Made by a program: the position numbers and the translations under genes. A DNA stretch of 64,000 nt from Treponemataceae bacterium (GTDB taxonomy: Bacteria; Spirochaetota; Spirochaetia; Treponematales; Rectinemataceae): the NCBI GenBank assembly GCA_963667725.2, contig CAXXHO010000005.1, forward strand, positions 256,001 through 320,000. The letters are read 5' to 3'. Below the pieces are notes generated by a model. That model ran no database searches. It saw only the letters and a list, made by a program, of their open reading frames with translations, and was not told the origin of the DNA. Shown one piece after another: positions 57,913-64,000 of this stretch (its first letter is position 1; every line of letters begins with the position of its first letter).

Positions 57913-60403
57913 GTTCAGGAACCGAACCAAGCATGGCTATCAATGTCTTAACAGTGGAGCAACGGGCAATTTCCTCACCTTTTTGATCGAGAAACAGAAC
58001 CGTTGGGGTAGAACAGATGGAGTGCCTCGCGGCCAAGGCTAAGCCATCGACACTATCTGCATCGATCTCCGAGTATTTAAGGCGCGATGCAAGAGCCTTC
58101 TTAACAGGAGGGCAATTGGGACAAGTCCTTCGGGAGAATAACAGCGCGGAAACTGCGCGATGGTCCGCTGCGCGATGGTCCACGGCGCGAAGATCTGTGG
58201 CACGATGGTCAATCTCATGGACATTCGCGTCGTCAGGCGCCGGCGTCGTCCCGATGTTGAAAAGCACCCTTTCCCCATATTCCTCACGCTTGCCGGCGTT
58301 CCAGTTCTTCACCGAACGGTAATACCCCACAATCCTGCTGTAGACCTCGGCCGGCGAGCCGCATTCAGGACAGGTGAAATGCTCTCCGTTCAGGTAGCCA
58401 TGTGTCGGACAGATCGAAAAGGTGGGAGAAATCGTGAAATAGGGGATCCGATACTTCGCGGCGATCGTGCGGACAAGGGAAGCACATGCCTTCCAATCGC
58501 CGATGGCCTCTCCCAGGAAAGCGTGGAATACCGTGCCGCCTGTATAGGCGCCCTGCAGTTTTTCCTGCATATCGAGGGCGTCGAAAATATCCTCAGTCTG
58601 CCCAACGGGCAGCTGCGTCGAATTCGTATAGTACGGCTCGTCCTTTCCCGCGACGATGATATCCGGATAGCGTTCCTTGTCATGCCTGGCCAAGCGGTAC
58701 GACGTCGACTCCGCGGGCGTCGCCTCGAGGTTAAAAAGCTCGCCCGTCTCCACCTGATAATCAGCCAGCCTTCCCTTCATGTGGTTGAGTACCTTGAGCG
58801 AAAAATCGCGGCCGTAGGGAGTAGCCGTCGTCACCTCGGGCGAGAAAAAGTTTCGCAGGCACTCATTCATCCCAACGAGGCCGATCGTGTTGAAATGGTT
58901 GTCGAAGGATTTCAGGTAGCGTTTGGTGAAGGGGAAAAGCCCCGCGTCGAGAAGTCGCTGGATCACTTTCCGCTTTATGACGAGGCTCTCCTTAGCTAGA
59001 TCCATGAGGGCGTCGAGGCGTTCGAAGAAATCGCCCTCGCCGCGGGCGAGATAGCCGATCCTCGGTAAGTTTATGGTCACGACACCGATGGACCCGGTGA
59101 GTTCGTCAGCCCCGAAGAGGCCTCCTCCCTTTTTCCGTAGTTCGCGCCTGTCCAGCTGAAGCCTGCAGCACATGCTCCGGACATCGCCCGGGTTGAGGTC
59201 GGAATTCACGAAGTTCTGGAAGTAGGGGGTGCCATATTTGGCGGTCATTTCGAAGAGAAGGGCCGCGTTGGGAGCGTCCCAGTCGAAATTCTTCGTGATG
59301 TTGTAGGTTGGGATCGGGTACTGAAAACCTCGCCCCGAGGCATCGCCGGCCAGCATGAGTTCTATGAACACCCTGTTAATTCGTTCCATCTCAGCAGCGC
59401 AATCACCATAGGTGAAATCCATTTCCCTTCCGCCAACGACGGCCGGTTTTTCCGCAAGATCCTCGGGCGGTGTCCAATCCAGCGTAATATTGGTGAAAGG
59501 AGCTTGGCTGCCCCAACGGGAAGGTGTGTTCACGCCAAAGATGAAACTTTGAAGCCCCTGTCGTATCTCCGCGTCGCTCAAGGTATCGGCTTTAACGAAG
59601 GGTGCCAGGTACGTGTCAAAAGAAGAAAAAGCCTGGGCGCCGGCCCACTCGTTCTGTAGGACGCCGAGAAAGTTAACCATCTGGTTCGCCAGGGTGGATA
59701 AATGCGACGCCGGCATCGAGGAGATTTTATCCGGAACACCGCCCAGCCCTTCCCGAATAAGATCCCGAAGCGACCAGCCGGCGCAGTAGCCGGAAAACAT
59801 GGAAAGATCGTGGATATGGAAATCGGCGCTCATGTGGGCGTCGGCGATTTCTTTGGGATAGATACGCTTAAGCCAGTAATTGGCGGTAACCGCGCCCGAA
59901 TTGTGGAGGATGAGCCCGCCGAGAGAAAAGTTGACATTGGCGTTTTCGTTCACGCGCCAGTCGGACTGGCTGAGATAGCCATCCATGGTCGCCGAAATGT
60001 CCAGCATGAGCTTCTTTGCGTCACGGATAGCATCGTGTCGCGCCCTATACAGGATATAGGCTTTCGCGACCTCGGTCTCCCTCTGTTCTATGAGGACCGT
60101 CTCGACGATATCCTGGATTTCCTCAATCGCCGGGATCGAATGGGGGTGCCTTTCCCACATGAGCGCCCGTATCTTTTCCTCGACAAGGTCGGTATAGTGC
60201 CGTGCCTTCGCTTGGGTCCCGGGATCCGCTCCAGGGGCGGAATCTCCGGCTGCCGAACCCGTAGCGAGAAAAGCCTTGCTTATCGCGGCCTCTATTTTCT
60301 TCCGGTCATAACGATCGACATTCCCCGAACGCTTGACGATATGCCTCAACATTGGCTCTGACGGCCGAACGGCTTCCGGATCGAACATGGTAGTAACAGT
60401 CAT
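57905..60403 (-). CDS. nrdD: Class III anaerobic ribonucleoside-triphosphate reductase with ATP-cone and a fused C-terminal glutaredoxin-like domain
   Basis: IVKRSG..IEEIQD ATP-cone; HIHDL, RSMCCRL, EATPAES, YTGGT, CPTH..CPEC, YSRIVGYY; C-terminal LFSRRTCPNC..STPT. Confidence 0.95.
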   Translation of the reverse strand: MTVTTMFDPEAVRPSEPMLRHIVKRSGNVDRYDRKKIEAAISKAFLATGSAAGDSAPGADPGTQAKARHYTDLVEEKIRALMWERHPHSIPAIEEIQDIVETVLIEQRETEVAKAYILYRARHDAIRDAKKLMLDISATMDGYLSQSDWRVNENANVNFSLGGLILHNSGAVTANYWLKRIYPKEIADAHMSADFHIHDLSMFSGYCAGWSLRDLIREGLGGVPDKISSMPASHLSTLANQMVNFLGVLQNEWAGAQAFSSFDTYLAPFVKADTLSDAEIRQGLQSFIFGVNTPSRWGSQAPFTNITLDWTPPEDLAEKPAVVGGREMDFTYGDCAAEMERINRVFIELMLAGDASGRGFQYPIPTYNITKNFDWDAPNAALLFEMTAKYGTPYFQNFVNSDLNPGDVRSMCCRLQLDRRELRKKGGGLFGADELTGSIGVVTINLPRIGYLARGEGDFFERLDALMDLAKESLVIKRKVIQRLLDAGLFPFTKRYLKSFDNHFNTIGLVGMNECLRNFFSPEVTTATPYGRDFSLKVLNHMKGRLADYQVETGELFNLEATPAESTSYRLARHDKERYPDIIVAGKDEPYYTNSTQLPVGQTEDIFDALDMQEKLQGAYTGGTVFHAFLGEAIGDWKACASLVRTIAAKYRIPYFTISPTFSICPTHGYLNGEHFTCPECGSPAEVYSRIVGYYRSVKNWNAGKREEYGERVLFNIGTTPAPDDANVHEIDHRATDLRAVDHRAADHRAVSALLFSRRTCPNCPPVKKALASRLKYSEIDADSVDGLALAARHSICSTPTVLFLDQKGEEIARCSTVKTLIAMLGSVPEHV
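58151..58210 (-). repeat. Four degenerate 15-bp repeats encoding DHRAT-DLRAV-DHRAA-DHRAV in the NrdD/redoxin linker
   Basis: Units start at 58151, 58166, 58181 and 58196. Confidence 0.85.
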
Positions 60404-60416
60404 AATAAACGTCTCC

Positions 60417-60463
60417 CTACTACATATTGTGGTACAGTTGTTTTACTACACAATATAATGGGA
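60417..60463. promoter_or_regulatory. Tandem NrdR boxes
   Basis: CTACTACATATTGTGG (60417) and ACACAATATAATGGGA (60448) match acaCwAtATaTwGtgt, 31 bp apart, just upstream of nrdD. Confidence 0.85.
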
Positions 60464-60554
60464 TTAATATTTGTACAAGACAAAATCGCTTGATCTATAC
60501 GTCTACATTTCCGGAGGATGTGTTTTTATTCGGCTATCCCGGTGACAAAAGCGA

Positions 60555-61337
60555 TTATAAGACGTCAACCCGGCACCAGCGGGTAAAGCCTCTCGCGACA
60601 ACCTCCCCACCCCTCGTCAGGAGGGAAAGCTTGCCGCCTGAAGCCTCGTCGTCATTCCAGAATGCCGCGACTTCCTCGCCCAGCTTCACTTCGGACACGA
60701 AATCGACCTTCAGCCTGGAAAGGCGCCCGGAACCGCGCTCCTCCATGGGGATAGCGTCGCAGAGCCAGTTGATGAAATGGGCATTGTTGACATGACCGTT
60801 ATAGTCTATATGGCGATTCCCCACGTTCAGCCTGAAAGACTCGGCCCAGCCGTCGGAGAGGCCTCCGGAAAAACCGGCGAAGCCCTCGAGATGCTGTATT
60901 CCCGTCGAAAGATCGGGATAGGGCGCGGGAAGGTCGGCCTTCATGGCGGGATCGAGGAGGCGTTCGGGCCGCAGCGGCCTGCGCTTTTCCATATCGACGA
61001 TCATGTAATCATAGAGGGCGCCCGCCAGGCGCTTGCCCAGCGCCGAATACATTTCGATATAGCGGAGGGCGAAAATGCGATCGGTGCCCGCCGGCCAGGT
61101 GCGCAAAAGGATCTCGTCGCCCTCGCGCGGAAGGTCTTCGATTTCGATATCGATGCGGGAGAGCATCCAGGTCTGGCCCTTGGCGAACATGGCGCCCATG
61201 CCGACTCCGAGCTCGTAGGCGTGATTGCCCGCGATTTCCTGAAAGTAATTGGCCAGCGCCAGCGGGCTGAAAGGCCCACCATAGCCGCAGTCGTATCCCC
61301 ATATTTTGTGTTTCGTCTCGTACGGTTGAACTGACAT
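60555..61337 (-). CDS. Acyl-ACP thioesterase (FatA/FatB-type double hotdog)
   Basis: YFQEIAGNHA, WMLSR, TWP, HIDYNGHVNNAHFINW. Confidence 0.9.
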   Translation of the reverse strand: MSVQPYETKHKIWGYDCGYGGPFSPLALANYFQEIAGNHAYELGVGMGAMFAKGQTWMLSRIDIEIEDLPREGDEILLRTWPAGTDRIFALRYIEMYSALGKRLAGALYDYMIVDMEKRRPLRPERLLDPAMKADLPAPYPDLSTGIQHLEGFAGFSGGLSDGWAESFRLNVGNRHIDYNGHVNNAHFINWLCDAIPMEERGSGRLSRLKVDFVSEVKLGEEVAAFWNDDEASGGKLSLLTRGGEVVARGFTRWCRVDVL

Positions 61338-61404
61338 TATCAGACACTATATCAATATCCCACAACATGTGAAAGTCGCGTTATACTGTGGGCAGAGGTG
61401 ACAG

Positions 61405-63870
61405 ATGTGTGGAATAGTGTCTTTGATCTATAAGACAGAAAATCCGGACATGGGCAGGGAAGCGGAAGCCCTCCTGAGACGCCTCGAATACAGGGGCTAC
61501 GATTCGACGGGCGCTTCCTTCATAGACGACAAGCGCGAGATTGTCCTGCTCAAGAAAACGGGCACCCCTTCCAAGGTCTGCCCGGCCCTCTCCATAGGCA
61601 AGCATTCCGGACAGCGTTTCATCGGGCAGGTTCGATGGGCCACCTATGGGGCCGTGACCGACGTCAACAGCCAGCCCCATCATGTCCGATGCAAGATCGA
61701 GATGGTGGGCGCGCATAACGGCAACATATCCAATACCGACTCGCTCAAGGCATGGCTTTCCTCCCGCGGCCATGCCGTCATTTCTGACAACGACGGCGAG
61801 ATCATCGTCCACCTCGTGGAAGAACATTACGCATCCAATCAAAGGCTCTCGAGCGCCGACCTGGCCGGCATGCGCCAAGCCTACGCGGCCTCGGGACTGC
61901 GCGACGGCGTCCCCGACGGCGTCCTTCGCATGATCGACGCCATCAGAAAGACCGAGGCTCTCGCGGAAGGCTCCTATGCCGCCGCGGTGGCCGACCCCAA
62001 ACTCCCGGGCGTATTCGCCATCAAATCGGGATCCTCGCTCTACGCGGGCGTCGGCAGCGACGCCCGCGGCAACTTCATCGTTGTCTCATCGGACCTCACT
62101 TCGGTGCTGTCCAAGACGCGAGCCCTCATTCCCCTGTCCGAGGGAGAGGGGCTTTGGTTTACCGAAAACAGCTATCTGCTTTTTAATCTCAGGGGAGCGC
62201 CAGCCTTCTCCAGACCAAAGCTCAGGCGCTCGAAACTTTCGGTCAGGGACACCCAGCTCAATCCCCGCTTCAAGCATTATATGGAACAGGAAATAATGGG
62301 AAGCTCGGCCAACATGGACCAGATTCTCCGTTACTATTTCAGGAATCCCAAGGAAGAGACGCTCGGCGCCCTTTTCGAGGAAAGAAAGGACGAGTGCAAG
62401 GAATCGGCCGACGCGCTCGCTGGCCTGTCGGAAAAATTCGGCGACGAACTGCTCAGGAACGAGATGGAAGAGATATTTACATCGCCATCCTGGGCAGACG
62501 TGAGCGCGCGCGTCGCGGCCGCCGGAAAGTTCCCCGAGGAAAAGAAGACTTTCGTCTCGGATGAGGCGGAGCTTCTCGACGAGCTGGAGCGATTGAGGCC
62601 GCGACGCGCCGGCGACCTCGCGTTGATGGATTCGGTGTTCGTGTGGCGAAAGCGCCGCGCCGTGCTGCGCTACCTCAGCGAGCTGAAGTCGGCGCTCGCC
62701 GAGACGAACAATTCCGGGGGCAGAATCTATCTCGTTGCCTCGGGAACCTCCTATCACGCCGCCCTCACCGCCGCCTATTTTTTCAACGGAATCGCGCATC
62801 TTCCCATCTATCCCTGCAATCCCGGCATTTTCCGCTCAATGTATTTCTCGTGCCTGCGCGGCGACGACTTCATCCTGGGCATCACGCAGTCAGGGGAGAC
62901 GAAAGACCTGGTCGACATATTCCAGGACGCCAAGGAAAAGCATCCGGGTATCCGGCGCGCCTGTCTTGTCAACAACGAGAACTCGAGAATTCCCCAGGAA
63001 CTCTCCGACTTCTATCTGCCCATTCTCTGCGGGCCGGAAATCGCCGTGGCGGCGACAAAGTCTTTCATCAGTCAGCTGGCCATCCTATACCTCGCGGCGT
63101 CGAGCCTCGTTCTATCCGAAAGGGAAGTGAAGGAAAAGCTTCTCGCGGCGAAAGCGCTGATGGAAGACAGCATGGAAACAACGATAGGCGATATCGAAAC
63201 CGCCGCCGCGCGCCTTTACGCAAAACCTTCGATCCATATCCTCGGAACGAGCCTTATTGGCCTGGCTCGCGAGGGCGCGCTGAAAATACGAGAGGTGGTG
63301 CTCAATCACACAGAAGGCTACGATGCCGCGGAATTCAAGCACGGTCCCAATACCATCCTGGGACGAAATACGCTTTTTTCGCTCTCGGACATGGAACTTA
63401 TGCTGGATGAATACAAGAAGATGGCGATGATCGACGCGTCGATGGCGAAGGGAAGCGCGAAGGAAATCCTCATGAGGAATCCGGCCCTCATCGAAAGACT
63501 TTTCAGCCCCTATCCCCTCGTCTTCGTATGCCCGCCTGATGACCGCGACGCGCGGATCACCATCAGCCAGATCCATACGCATAAAATAAGGGGAGCCGAC
63601 ATCATCCTCATAGCCGAGCGCCGGCAGGATCTCGCCCTCGCCGTCGAGGGCAAGCCGATGGGGAGCGAGGGATACTGGTCCAAATACATCGAGATTCCCC
63701 ACACGGACGATCCATTCATATTCGTGTTCGGCGCGGCCATCGTCCTCCAGTATCTTGCCTACAGGATGTCGGTGCGGAAAATGGAGTGGCTCAACGAATT
63801 GGGTGTCGCCGATCATGGCGTCCATCCCGACGCGCCGAAAAACGTCTCCAAATCCATAACCGTCGACTGA
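61405..63870 (+). CDS. glmS: Glutamine--fructose-6-phosphate transaminase, elongated variant (821 aa)
   Basis: MCGI, RLEYRGYDS, RWAT, HNG, SGTSYHA, QSGETKD, VAATK, EGALK, KHGP, C-terminal PKNVSKSITVD. Confidence 0.9.
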   Translation: MCGIVSLIYKTENPDMGREAEALLRRLEYRGYDSTGASFIDDKREIVLLKKTGTPSKVCPALSIGKHSGQRFIGQVRWATYGAVTDVNSQPHHVRCKIEMVGAHNGNISNTDSLKAWLSSRGHAVISDNDGEIIVHLVEEHYASNQRLSSADLAGMRQAYAASGLRDGVPDGVLRMIDAIRKTEALAEGSYAAAVADPKLPGVFAIKSGSSLYAGVGSDARGNFIVVSSDLTSVLSKTRALIPLSEGEGLWFTENSYLLFNLRGAPAFSRPKLRRSKLSVRDTQLNPRFKHYMEQEIMGSSANMDQILRYYFRNPKEETLGALFEERKDECKESADALAGLSEKFGDELLRNEMEEIFTSPSWADVSARVAAAGKFPEEKKTFVSDEAELLDELERLRPRRAGDLALMDSVFVWRKRRAVLRYLSELKSALAETNNSGGRIYLVASGTSYHAALTAAYFFNGIAHLPIYPCNPGIFRSMYFSCLRGDDFILGITQSGETKDLVDIFQDAKEKHPGIRRACLVNNENSRIPQELSDFYLPILCGPEIAVAATKSFISQLAILYLAASSLVLSEREVKEKLLAAKALMEDSMETTIGDIETAAARLYAKPSIHILGTSLIGLAREGALKIREVVLNHTEGYDAAEFKHGPNTILGRNTLFSLSDMELMLDEYKKMAMIDASMAKGSAKEILMRNPALIERLFSPYPLVFVCPPDDRDARITISQIHTHKIRGADIILIAERRQDLALAVEGKPMGSEGYWSKYIEIPHTDDPFIFVFGAAIVLQYLAYRMSVRKMEWLNELGVADHGVHPDAPKNVSKSITVD

Positions 63871-63896
63871 ACGCGGCCAAGACCGGCGCCCCCCTT

Positions 63897-64000
63897 TCAG
63901 TTTTTCTTGAGGAACTCCCTGGTCTCGCTGTATTCTTCTTTCGTGATTTCACCCCTCGCGAGGCGGCTAGCCAGGATTTCGAGACTGGCGTCGCCTTTAG
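63897..64000 (-). CDS. C-terminus of a SHOCT-domain protein (partial)
   Basis: Manual translation ..SLEILASRLARGEITKEEYSETREFLKKN*. Confidence 0.7.
   Translation of the reverse strand, partial: KGDASLEILASRLARGEITKEEYSETREFLKKN

Noticed and set aside
57905..60403. Intein or intron in nrdD, or riboswitch control of nrdDG
   Set aside because: No splice motifs or homing endonuclease; extra length is the ATP-cone and redoxin domain. The riboswitch is downstream of nrdG with its own promoter, and nrdD has NrdR boxes
61338..61404. glmS ribozyme
   Set aside because: The intergenic gap is only 67 bp and is shared with a divergent gene; no ribozyme core seen

Overview
Gene-dense, GC-rich chromosomal window from an anaerobic diderm bacterium. 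A free-living Spirochaetota (Treponema/Rectinema-like) origin is my inference from the DUF3798 ABC system, the long GlmS variant, many lipoproteins and a TonB-dependent receptor. It holds about 60 CDS, mostly housekeeping or metabolic (pyk, ribA, uvrC, tkt, ettA, msrA, nagAB, tpx, glf, fhs, nrdDG, glmS), five ABC systems and three nucleotide-cyclase signalling genes. No rRNA, tRNA, CRISPR, IS or phage was seen. Most notable: (1) a B12-capture locus bracketed by two inward-facing cobalamin riboswitches (tonB -> <- beta-propeller lipoprotein <- btuB-like), beside a divergent DUF3842/metal ABC operon; (2) an exported helical-repeat protein ending in a flexible tail with a flavinylation-type motif (DATSGAT); (3) a class III RNR with a fused C-terminal CPNC glutaredoxin-like domain under tandem NrdR boxes; (4) a PAS-GGDEF-EAL gene frameshifted inside the EAL domain; (5) a recurring leaderless-type signature (TAnnnT exactly 6 nt before ATG) at six genes; (6) a CBS-kinase/DRTGG/PHP operon with no hydrogenase partner, a degenerate class III cyclase, and a RibA with a 4-Cys N-terminal extension. 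All family calls come from motif recognition by eye; no searches were run.
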